Shown here: positions 26,221-37,930 of the stretch, piece after piece
Position numbering within the stretch: position 1 is the first letter of the stretch
Layout of the letters: each line of letters opens with the position of its first letter
Origin: Rhina ancylostomus
Lineage: Eukaryota
NCBI GenBank assembly: GCA_030265395.1
Contig: JARFYF010000061.1
Coordinates: 18,754,257-18,818,256, forward strand
Reading direction: 5' to 3'
Length of the DNA stretch: 64,000 nt
Made by a program: the position numbers and the translations under genes
The notes under the pieces: generated by a model
What the model saw: the letters and a program-made list of their open reading frames with translations, nothing else
Database searches by the model: none
Told to the model about the DNA's origin: nothing

Positions 26221-28099
26221 AGGCCTTTCTTGCTCAGATCCTTTGCCAATCTATTTCCCACTGCCATGCTGTACCTTTCTCTAATATCTGCTGAATTAGT
26301 TAGTTCTGTGCAAAGTCAAGTAGAAATCTCACTATATTGGATCACACCTCGCAAAGACCAGAGTTCAGTGACCTACTTGGGTTCTCTGACTCTGACAGTT
26401 GTTTCAATTTTCTCTTTGGTAGGCTGCAGTTCATTTTCATCCATTTGTAGACCTCATTATTAATCTTCCTTCTGCTTGAAGGCATTTTTATTTCCTTTAA
26501 GCCTAGAATTATTTTAGTGAAGTCTATTGAACAATCGTTGGTATTTGAAAGTTTTCTTCCTTTATGCAGTTAGATACAATCTTATCCATTGTTGCTGAGA
26601 TTACTTTTGATGATGATTGTACCCATACAGTACCTTAATTTCCTCATGTAATCCCTTGTGGATGTTAACTGTCAAGCTATTTTGGTTTTCTTCACTCACA
26701 CTAAGCTGGGCAAGGAAGTTTGTCAATTCTAATTTGGTAAAAAAATTCACCTCTGCCAATTTGACATGTAACTTTTGAGGCGCAACTGTATTGTCTTTCC
26801 TTCATTGATCTATTATGGTTACTTTGTATTATCTGTGGTATTGGACTGTCTTATCTGCCTTGGATACTACAAGTTGGGTGTCACCCAATCACTATCATTT
26901 TTGCCAACATTCTGTGACTTTCCACTTTGTTTCACTCTTTTCTACTTGGGTATTTATCTCAGGTTGAGAAGTTTACAATTGCTTAGTTTAGCACTTGCTT
27001 TGAAGCTCTTAAGAGCTTGGATCCTTTATTTCCTCTGTAAAAATCTTTCAATATAACTTCATACCATTCCAAAAAGCTTTTTTAAACATGGCCATGATGC
27101 ATGCATACAAATACATTTTCAGAAACCACCTTCAATTCTTTCACCTTCTTTCCCCAGCAGATTTAGTCTATTCAGGGAAACAGCCATGACAATTAGCAAT
27201 CCTGCCTTTTGTCCATTGTGCAGATCTGCACATTCTATTTGTCCTAATATTCACAGGTCTCACTAGAATATACACCCAATCTTAATGTGCCTCTTGCTGT
27301 GGCATCTTCCTGAGCCTCTAGACATATGCATCCCTTCTGATGATGGAGCAGTCTGCAACTCTATTACTATTCATATGACAGTCTTGATGATTAATCTTTA
27401 ATTTTGAGTTCACTGTTTGTTTATTATTAGTCATGTATACACTATTTAAATAACACACCTCACATGACTCATCCCCTTCTATGAAATGCAAATCTCTTTT
27501 CTGTGGTCTTCCATTATAATTATTCCCCTTTCATTAATCCTTTGCTTGACTGACACTACTTTGGCTGCTATCATTTGTATAACCTTGCATAAAGAGACCA
27601 CGTGGTCTCACCTTCCAATATTGAAACTCTTGTTTCTGGAGTGGTGCACTTCTGAATAACTCTGATTGCAACAGCAAGACAGCTTCCCACATTTGAACCA
27701 GACACAAAGGCAAAGTTCCTGCTATTGGTCCTTTCATTGGCCTGCATGCTGCATGTGTATTAATGTCCCATATAAGCCAAAATTCCATTTTATGTACCAT
27801 TTTCATAATTTAGCAATTTTACTTGGATATTTGAGTTTTACTAAATTGTACTGGATATGCTGATCAGTAAGTGCACACAGAAACATCTCAATCCAAAACT
27901 TTGCCAAAAATGGTTTGTTGCTACAGGTTTTCAGAACAATTGTATAATTGCTAATCATCATTTCAATCCTCTAATTACAGTTTACAAATTTATTACTTTG
28001 TATAATCTCTGACATTGTTGGCTTGAAATGATTCTATAACTTTTCCACTACTTCATTAAATGCCAACACTGTATAAGTATCTGGCCCAGTTCCTATGAA

Positions 28100-28230
28100 A
28101 AGGTCCTCCTTCTTGCATTCATGCATGACTTCATTCCAAACACTTTTGCATGCACCTTCTACTTTATCCCAAAGGGTATTTCCATCCATTTGATATACAC
28201 TTGGAAGGTGTTTTGTTGTACCTATGGAAA
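28100..28230 (-). mobile_element. Small Gypsy RT remnant
   Basis: Minus strand TTKHLPSVYQ/WMEIPFGIK resembles TT.NT..G.YQW..MPFGI. Confidence 0.45.
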
Positions 28231-28399
28231 ATTTCCAGTGTAATCAGTGGGACTGGATTGCCACCATGTACTGCCTTACGCTTCAACGGTTACTGGATGT
28301 GCCTAATAATTACAACATAATTGTACAAATGATACCTATCTTCACGTGTTCAAGACTGCATGTTAGATGTTGCAATTAGTTCTGAGTTCTCACACCTTT

Positions 28400-28560
28400 C
28401 TTCCTCTCAGGCAGTTCCTTGGGATTGGGTCTGACTCATTTTCACTCTTTTTTTGGCTTCTTAGATGGTTAATGAGGCTAATGTGAGAACTGCAGAATCA
28501 TCCACAGATGGGGCAGGGGGTGCCTGATTGGATGGGTGGGTGACATTTCGTGAGGACATG
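28400..28560 (-). mobile_element. RTE LINE 3' end remnant
   Basis: Minus strand CPICG*FCSSHISLI and 3' tail agtcagacccaatcccaaggaactgcct parallel the RTE end at 796-888. Confidence 0.65.
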
Positions 28561-28826
28561 TTTCTTCCTCTGCCTTACTGCCCTATTTTATTCAAAGGCC
28601 CTCCACAGACTGACCCTGAAGCTTCCTATGAATATTGATGAAGCCCAGAGAGTAGCTAGTCACATGACCTGCTCCTAAACCCTAAGAAACAATTGATGTT
28701 TGGTAATATATGTAATATCATTTCCTATGAAAACAAGTCTAATTCTCCATTCCCTACAATTCTTCTGCTGCTGATCATTATAGGAGCCAGTTGACCATAA
28801 TGCCAAATAAAGTCTCATACAATGCA

Positions 28827-29167
28827 GGTGGCACAGTGGTGCAGCTTGCAGAGCTGTTTTCTCACAACTCAGCAACCTGTATTCAATCCTGACTTCCGGT
28901 GCTGTCTGTAGGGAGTTTGTACATTCTCCAGTGACAACATGGGTTTCTACCAGATGCTCCAGTTCCCTCCCACATCTCAGACAGTTTGGTAGGTTAATTC
29001 ATCACTGTAAATTGCCCTTAGTGCAGGTGAGTGATGGAATCTGGATGGAATTGATGAGTATATGGGGAGAATAAAATGTGATTAGTGTAAATAGTGGGCA
29101 AGGACTCAATGGTCTGAAGGGCCTGTTTCCATGCTATATGACTTAATAACTCTACTCTATGACTCTA
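28827..29167 (+). mobile_element. Full-length tRNA-derived SINE (HE1/V-SINE-like)
   Basis: ggtggcacagtggtgcag head, ttcaatcctgac B-box-like, V-like core, tail gaagggcctgtttccatgct..ctctatgactct. Confidence 0.9.
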
Positions 29168-29669
29168 AAATCATAATACCAAATCAAATTTGTATATCAA
29201 ACCATGCATCAAAGAATGCATAATGGTGATTAGTTTATGTTTGTATGAGATAAACTGATCACTATTCTGCATTATTTTAGTGCTCATATCCTGTGTAGCT
29301 TTGCCTGATCTTGTTACCCCACCCAGCATAGATCCATGGCTGCTGCGTGGCTTGTTGAACAATGCTGACTTTCAGGAGAGGAGGTTGCTGAACAACCCCA
29401 AGCAACTTCAGGCAAGAAAGCCCAGCTTTAGACAATGTCTTCTCAGGAAGGGCAGCAACAGTTTAGACTGGCTGACAGGCAACAGCAAAGGAATTGGCAA
29501 AGTGGATATGGTGGGATCAAAAATGTTATGCTGCTGAGAGTTCAGGAACTTCATGGTCCTCAGAGCCACTATAGCTCCTCCAAGATGGCACCATAGCCAT
29601 CCTAATGCTGTGTTGGAGGGCAGACTACTGAACCACTGTATTATGACACAATATCAAGTTTATACTGAA

Positions 29670-31340
29670 TGAAAGAAGATTGACTGTCTCCTACAGCACC
29701 AACCAATGGAAACTGAGACATAGGCATTAGTCTATTCAATGGTTGAGTCCACCAGTGTGATGGAAATGAAGGACTCCAAATAAAGTTCTGTGCAGCAATC
29801 ATGCCTGAATCCTTTATACTCCAAGTCACTGCATGCAAGCTTTCTAGCAAGCCCCTAGTACTACATTTTGCATGCCTTTCAGACTCTTGTGAAGTCTGCT
29901 CAGTTAAGTACTGATCTGAGTTCTCTGCAATGGAATTTCTGTGCAGCTTTAACTTCTGTATAACTTCTGTGCAACTTTAACCTCTTGTACAATCTAATAC
30001 AACAATTGTACAAGTCGTTGGTGAGGCTGCACTTGGAGTACAGTCTTGGTCACCCTGTTACAGGAAAGACATGGTTAAACTGGAAAGAGTGCAGAAAAAA
30101 TTTACGAGGATGCTGCCAGGACCAGAGGGATGGAGTTGTAGAGAGAGGTTGGCTCTGAAGTCTCGATCTCACTACAAANNNNNNNNNNNNNNNNNNNNNN
30201 NNNNNNNNNNNNNNNNNNNNNNNNNNNNNNNNNNNNNNNNNNNNNNNNNNNNNNNNNNNNNNNNNNNNNNNNNNNNNNGGTCTGAGTTATAGGGAGAGGT
30301 TGGCCAGGCCAAGGTGCAATTCCTTGGAATGTAGGAGAATGAGGACTGACTTTTCATCATTTTAAACATTTCTGTAAGGCATAGATAAGGTGGAAGGTAA
30401 CAGTTTCTCCACAGGTAGGGGAGTCCAAAACTAGGGGGCATAGACTGAGGGTGAGAGGGGAAAGATTTAAAAGGGACCTGAGGGGTAAATTTTTCATCCA
30501 GAGACCCGTGAGTATATGGAACGAGCTGCCAGAGGAAGTGGTTGAGGCAGATACAATAGTATCATTTAAGAAGCACTTGGATAGGTAAATGGAGGGGTGG
30601 GGCATAGAATACAGGAAACTGGGACTAGCTGGGTGGGGACCATGGTCAGTATGGACTTGTTGGCTGAAGGGCCTGTATCTGTACTGCTTTGCTCTATGAC
30701 TCTGGGAAGCTGCCACTTAGACTACCCTCTCCCCTCACACTAGATACAGGACAAGTTGGTGAGTGACCATGTGCAGATCTGCCACTGTATGCAAAGCATC
30801 AATATCTGATCTAACATCCAGGAGTGTCAACTCTCACTAAGCAAAACCGCCAGCATGTTGTTATAGTCTTGCTGTCCTTCATAACAACACACACACTACA
30901 ACTCTACTGTCCAGGTACCTTGAAGGGACGTTCACCAAATCACAACCTAACACGTAACACTATGGGACATTAGGTGTAATACAGGGCCAAGAAATGTATT
31001 AACATTATGTTGATATTGATTGTTAATCAGATAGTGTTGGGGAAGCAGTGTATTGAGCAGTGCGTGAGGCTATGTGCTTCACTTCATGAGATATGGCACT
31101 TGAAGAAATACTGGCTGTGCTCGATCAGACATTTCAAGTTACTGACCCTGACCACTCCGATGAAGTCTTCTTACTTTTTGTGACACTATCTCCAGTCTCT
31201 TTCAGTTTGATTCCTCCTGGGCTGTACCCTTCCACCGGATGGCCTGTTGGCTCCCTGTAGGCAGAGGATATCTCACCTCTTCTCTACCTTCTCCACAGAA
31301 ACCTCCAAAGAAGTGTGCAAAATTTGTGGAACCCATTCTG
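29670..31340. mobile_element. Decayed Harbinger/PIF DNA transposon (nuclease on +, Myb/SANT-like ORF on -), split by a CR1 insertion
   Basis: Plus strand: IDC (about 29679), QCD, SNH/SFIL (about 29795-29820), and after the CR1, AVLHN (about 30870-30885). Minus strand 31340-31150: SLEVSVEKVEKR*DIL..G and RDWR*CHKK*EDF, resembling Myb/SANT R.W.QCRKRFNDL. Confidence 0.5.
29998..30703 (+). mobile_element. 5'-truncated CR1 LINE (ORF2 C-terminus plus 3' UTR), with internal gap
   Basis: LYKSLVRLHLEY..KLERVQKKFTRMLPG, then RVRGERFKRDLRGKFF and WNELPEEVVEA, ending gaagggcctgtatc..ctctatgactct. Confidence 0.93.
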
Positions 31341-34300
31341 TCCTGTGCTTTGTTTTGTTCTGAGATGCAATCACTTGCAAAATTATTTTACTGATCTGCA
31401 GCATCCAAAATGCACTTCATCTGTAAGAGGCTTCAGGAGGTTCAAGTGAGCACAAACCAATGCCCATCACTGACAAAATTGGGCCATTGTGGCATTGTCA
31501 GATAGTGGTTCCATTAGTGCTGGCTGAACAGTGATCTCATTAACAGAAGTTTCCTGAGATAAACAGGCATGGATTAATAATACATCATCATTTTCCAACA
31601 CTATCCAATTTAACTCCCATGGTCTCTTGTTTTTCTAAACACCACTATTGATATCAATAAGGAAAACTTCCTGGATGATATTGTAATAGTTTTATTTTAG
31701 TCTGATCTAATTTAGTGTTTTTCAGATTTCACACCTGGTTCATCAAATTAATTACATGGATAACTTACTGTTTTTTTTTTGCCCAACAACCATAAAGCCA
31801 CTTTTCTCAACTTTTGGACTAGATGGATGTTTTGAATGTAATTTTCACTTTCTCTGAGCAACTTGACAATGATTGACACAGGGCAAACTGAAGGATATCT
31901 ACAAAGGAACAAATTTCCAAAATCTGAACTCCTAGAAATTTCAATCCAAAGACAAAAACTGAGAATACCTGGCCAATTAATCAAAAGTGGCAGAGAATAT
32001 AACATAAGAAAGTCTTAAAATACTTTAACAAGAGTATGTGAAGGTACCAGCAAATGAATAAAACACTACATAAAAATAACAATAATATACACATTTCTTT
32101 ATAATCAAGAATAGGTTGGCTGTGAAGGGGTTGCTTATGTGGTCACATTTCATCTAGTATTACCTTGTTTGAGTTAATTGAAATTTAAACTTGAGGATCT
32201 GAAGCTTTGGTCCAATGGGTCATGTTTAGGTTGGCCAAGGGAATAGGCTCTTCAGTGAGGAGTAAGAAATCCTTCAAGTTAGCAAAGAAGGAAATACAGA
32301 ACAGCAGAAAAATACATGGAAACTTTTCAGTTTAGACTAACCACAGTCCTGAAATTCTGCCAAGTTGTTTACTTTAATACTTCCATGAAAGCGTAAGTTA
32401 CTCTCTCTTTGCCACAAAGATTGTGAATATATTCCAACAAGTTTATTAGGCACAAAACATCCATGTATACTTCAACTTTTAGAGAGAACTCAAACAAAAT
32501 GACTGTCTGATAGATGAGCAATTCTCTTACGTAGCCAGAAATCCATATACACAGAATCTGTCCACTTTTTTAATGAATATAGCTGTGTGGGTGTAAATAA
32601 TTTTAAGTGGAAAGTACGTTGCTTTAAGTGCACAATGTTATAATCACTATCATTCTTTAAAAAACAAAATTCTATAATTGAAAAGGCAGATATCAATTTT
32701 GATGAAGAATAGCATCAATGAGATGCTAAAAAGGAAATTAAGCACTTAACTTATCCCAAAAAATAGCTAACAAAAAGTATCCCTAAATCTTGCCATAAAA
32801 CAATTGGTAAATGCATGATTTTAAAAAAAAATATTCACCTTTCAGGATGTGGGTGTCATTGGCAAAATGAGCATTTAAAGAGATGAAGAAGTACCTTCTT
32901 GAATTCCTGAAGCAGTTGATGAAAATTGTGACATTTTTAGATTCCTGCAAGCTCAAAAATCACTTGGGAAGTTGTAGAGCAAGACTATTGATTTCATAAA
33001 AAAGCATCTCCTTACTGTGAAGTGTTACTTAGTGACACTGAGTGGTGCACACAATCCGCACAATTTAGCCCCACATGGAATGCACTGTATATTATGTTTC
33101 TCAACTCCACCATTTTTTCCCGACACAGCAGGAAGAATTTAAATAATATGTAATTAAAAGTATAAATCTTTAAAGGGCTTCTGGAATGTTGATATATCTC
33201 CAATTGCCTTTTTGTAAATAAAAGACTAACATTCATGAAAGATAGCTAACACTTTCACTTATTTCTACCTATATTCTTAACACATATATTTCTATCCATA
33301 TCCTTAATGTTTGAAGAATGACCAAAATGAAAAGGTGTTGAAGCAGTTGCTACAAGTTGTTGTGTTTACAATACTCAGCTCAAACAATATAGTTTTCTAG
33401 CTGCCTTGGCCTAAGATAATATCTTCCAAGTTGCGAGTATTATATATCTCAGCTGACAACATCAGTGCATCAGTGTATGTATCAACACCAGGGGTAACAA
33501 AGTGAAACAGTAACGTACAACATGTCAGTACCTAAGGCTGAACAATTAAAACACATTTTTGTTTGCTCACTTGCTTTGATTTTGTTGAAAGAATTTGCAA
33601 AATGTTGAAGTTTTAATTTCTATTCATTGGGATAATTTGAATTATTAAGCTAACATTTTGAAAAGACAAAATAGATTTATTGCAGGATATTTATTTTTCT
33701 TATTTTTGGAATCAAATGGGAGCCGAAAGTATAACTCAAGTGTGTTATAAAGACCAAACACTTGCTGTGTGGTCTTTAAATACAAATTGTGACTTTTGCT
33801 TTTTATGGGGGAGTTTTGAACCATTGCTGAGCCAAGCTGATTTGCAACTTTCTTCCTTTGTGTTATGATAGAGCCATATTTTCAGTTGAAAAAATAAAGG
33901 TAATATATCGCTTTGATAAAAAGTTTGCCTGAACAGATCATTTCCTGAATTTGAAATGATGGAGCAGGACCTAGTCAAATAAATGCTGGTTACAAATAAC
34001 AAGTCAAAGACTGGAACCTTTTGACATTTTGGTGGAAAATGAATCTATTGTGTATCCAAGAAATATAATTTTAATTATCATTCAAAATAGATTAACATCA
34101 CTGCAAGTTTTAAGATGTGTCATCCAAATATCAAAATCCCAATATTTAAGAATGTTTTTTGGTATTTCAGATCAAAATTTCTCATTCTTATTTGGTTATC
34201 AAAATCCCTTGTTGTAAAATGTCCAGGCTATATACAAACTGTGTAAGATTAGTTAACATTAATCATTATATCTTATGCAAAGAAACAGTAAAGCCACTGA

Positions 34301-36338
34301 AGTTCCAGCATTAAAACTAGGTTTATTGGATCAGAAATATGCAACTGGTAATATGCTAATGCAGGTTGTAATATTGATATGTGTGGATAATATTGATAAT
34401 GTGATCAATTTGACATATCAAGATTTATAGAATTGTAATTAGCTTGAAGTGTTTTCAGCAAACTTTAATTTCCTGCAATATAGTACAATGCCCACAAAGA
34501 TGGGTCACTGCAGTATTGTTGATTGAAACTTCAATCCCCTTTAATTTGGCAAATATTGCATTAAATCAATGTTTCGAGTCATAATAAAATAATAACAGTG
34601 AAGTCTCCCACCCAGTCAGAAGGTTGAACTTAAAAAAAACTACCTTCATTACTACAGCAATCAAGTAAAATTACCACTTGAAAACATCTCTGATCTCAGT
34701 ACATGAGTTGATCTACTTATAGTAAAGAAGAATTAACACACTTTGTTAATCTTTTTTTCTGGTCTGTAAACCATAGCTAGAAGCAGAATTCCTTCACTGT
34801 AACATGCTGCTCATCTTCCTCTTTAACATTTTCTTTTATCTGACTTGGCATAAGAGCTGTCAAGGCAACCTTACTGTATGGGGCCTCTTCTCTGATATAT
34901 TTTGCAAATAAAATGGTTCATGTGTCATCCATGGTCCCTGCGGCCTTGCTGTCTGGGTTCCTGCTCGAACAGGTGATAACCTGATAGACTTTATCTTGNN
35001 NNNNNNNNNNNNNNNNNNNNNNNNNNNNACTTCCACTGGCTGTTAGGCATTTTAAAATGCCCCCTTGAGCCATAACCTTCCCCCTTTCTCCTATCATCAG
35101 CTGGTATGTCTCTGAGCTGTCAGTAGCTTGTTTTTTATTGATGTTTCCATGTGTTTTATGTCTTTCTGAGATATGACGGCCCTGACATAGCTATGGAGCT
35201 GTAGTGATTTCAATCAGGCTGCATAAGAGGCTCTGGATTTTAACTTATACAGTCTGTCTTCGATACTTCAGAGTTTCACCTTTAATGAAAATGTTTCTGA
35301 AGGCAGAAAAAAAACGCCTGTGTGCAACATCAGTGATGAATACACAAGACAAAAGCCTGCTTTTGTCATAAAGGAAGCAAGAACAGAAAGTGACCCTTGA
35401 GCCAAAGGTTCTGACACCACATCAAATCCCTTTAGGCTCGATGTGGCAGGCTGGGGCTGGCTTAAGATTACTTTATCACATCCAAGAGTGATGCTTGCAT
35501 TTACTTCAGATGTCCAACATGTAAAGAGTTGTACATTTCCCAACCCATGTCGCCTATTAAATCAAGTTTAAGTGACTTGTGGAGCACATAGCCTTGTCAA
35601 ACTGAGCTAAGCTTAAATCAAATTGAAACGTGAAAATGTGTAGAGAGTTATTATTGAACAAAACTCCAAGCTTGCTTCTCATCAATGTCATTTATTTGTA
35701 ATAATCCTGAAAACAAATTAGCTAACATATTTTCAAAACAGTACAAATATTGTTGCATTTGTGCTTGGGGCTCCTGTGGAACACTAAAGCAAAAAAACCT
35801 TCTACACAAAAATGATTTTTTTCTCTCTTTAAATAATAGGTAACATAAAATGATTGAAGTTCTGGAAAACCTTTAACCTGTACTACACATATCCATCATA
35901 ACAATAGTGATTATATTAAAATGCAACTTAAAAAAATAAAACCACTTCATCTTTTTAGAAGTCAATTGAAATATCTATTTTGTGTTCAATCCCTCACTGT
36001 CCAGTAGTTTAACAATTTCAAAAGCACATTTGTATCACTTAGAACAACAGCATCATTGTATGTATTCAAGCATCTTAATTAGCTGTACTGCATATAATAT
36101 TTCCTCATATGAGATGACTTTACAGAATATAATTCTTGTCAAGCCCTGCTAAGGTGATAGGAACTTAATATAATTAATTCAGTGATTTTACAGCTCAGTT
36201 TAATAATATCAACATTTGTCATGAAACTATGTAATATGAAAGCTTGTATCACTACAGTATTATAGAGCTTTGAATTGGAGAACAGAGAAAAGATTAAAAG
36301 ATCATGAAATATTTCTGTTCCAATTAAGAGTTAAAGGT

Positions 36339-36367
36339 TCCCAGTTCCTATATTATAAGAACTGGGA
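36339..36367. repeat. Short near-perfect inverted repeat
   Basis: tcccagttc-c-tata-t-tata-a-gaactggga: 14-bp arms with one mismatch. Confidence 0.8.
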
Positions 36368-37862
36368 CACAAAAGCTACGTTAATATATATTGCATCTTA
36401 TTTGTTGTAGCTTCTTAACATTGATAAAGATACTGAATGTAAATGTCCCAACACAATAAATCTTGCAAGTGCTTGCATCTATTTAACAAAACAATGTAAG
36501 AGACTAACTGGTTTCATTGTAAAATTTTAAAATTAGGAATATATTTTTCATGATAAATTATGCATATCTATGCAAATATTAACATAATCGTTCAGAACTG
36601 ATCTTTGTTTGGTGTAGTTTGGCAATGTTAGTCTCATACACTAACCCAAGGAATCTACTTTCAATACACTATGAAATGCAGTCCTCTAGGCCTGCTAGAA
36701 TTCTTTTCAAAAATACTGTGACAAGTAGCCCCAGCACTCAAAATAACTCGCTGTTCAGTCAGCATAATAATATGCCATTGTTTTCTGGTTAAATGCTTTT
36801 CAGAAATCTAATTACCTGAATGACAATTGTTGGCATCACCGCTGAGATAAGTGCCTTAATTTGTTTTTATTAATATCATTAATCCCTTTGAGAACTTGTT
36901 AGTAGGTGGAGGAAAAAACATTGCACATAACATATAATACATTACTTTTCAAGCTAAATCTTAGCAAAACCAAAGCTGAATACTAATCGTATTGCTAAAC
37001 TATGTTACAGAACATTTAAATGGTAAAGATAAAAATATCTTGGCTCTGTAAAAAAAAATATTCTATCATATGTTGTTTAAAATGATAATCTTGTTTATTT
37101 AAAAATCCTTAAAGATAAACTATGTACTTTATTTACAAGGACACTGAGATAGTATTTACCTAGTGTTGCAGAAATGCAGATAGGTTCAGCTTTTCTGATC
37201 TAAAATATTTGCAGCTTGCACGCGTTCTGAATTTTTAACACTATAATAAGCCTATAGTTGGGTCTGAGTCAAATATAAGCTGTCACCCAGGAAGTATTGA
37301 GGGAAGGAAAACCTTCACAGTAGAGCTTTAAAATTTCAATTTATATTGGTCATGACTTGTGACACAGTTTGGTGAGTTGGGGCCTGGGAGTCAGGGTTGC
37401 CACTGACCTCTGTTCAGACTGGTTGAGAGAGATGTCAGCTGAAAACTCCCAGGGATGAACTGGCTGCCAACTAGTCTGAAAACTTCTGCCAAATTGTCGT
37501 ACCCCTCAGCTGAATGCTAACCCGAGAGGAGGGGAGTAGAAGCACTAAAAAGGTTAGAGGTGGGCATCACTTTCAATAGTGGGCTGTCTGGTTCATTAAA
37601 GACAGCCGGTCCCAAACAGCATGGGAGTCAAGCAGTTCAGTAACCTCTAGGTTGGTATTTTCTGCATAATTTTAAAATCAAAGGGACAATATTCTGGAGT
37701 GCTTAATGGGATAGTGAAAAGATGATAGAAAGACGTTTTTGTTTTAGATTTTTTTCCCTATTCTTAGGTTTGTTACACTTTATCACGATTCATAGCTGCA
37801 TTATAATTAGAGCTTCTGAAGAAAATATGTTAAGGATCAATAAATGATTTTAATTTATAAAT

Positions 37863-37930
37863 ATTAATTCCAGCATATGGAATTAATTCCAGCATATTGG
37901 TTACAATCATGCAGACATGATTATAACCAA
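37863..37930. repeat. 16-bp direct duplication immediately followed by a 15-bp inverted repeat
   Basis: attaattccagcatat occurs twice (19-bp period), then ttggttacaatcatg-caga-catgattataaccaa (one mismatch, 4-nt loop). Confidence 0.85.

Noticed and set aside
26600-26780. Possible L1/Tx1 ORF2 fragment (LTNFLAQLSVSEEN)
   Set aside because: Similarity too short and ambiguous to call without a search.
28827-28900. tRNA gene at SINE heads (also 15045, 55680, 60879)
   Set aside because: A and B boxes are present, but there is no cloverleaf and each continues into SINE body and tail.
33748-33778. Hairpin taaagacca...tggtcttta
   Set aside because: A 9-bp stem is plausible by chance in 64 kb of AT-rich DNA and too short for a pre-miRNA.
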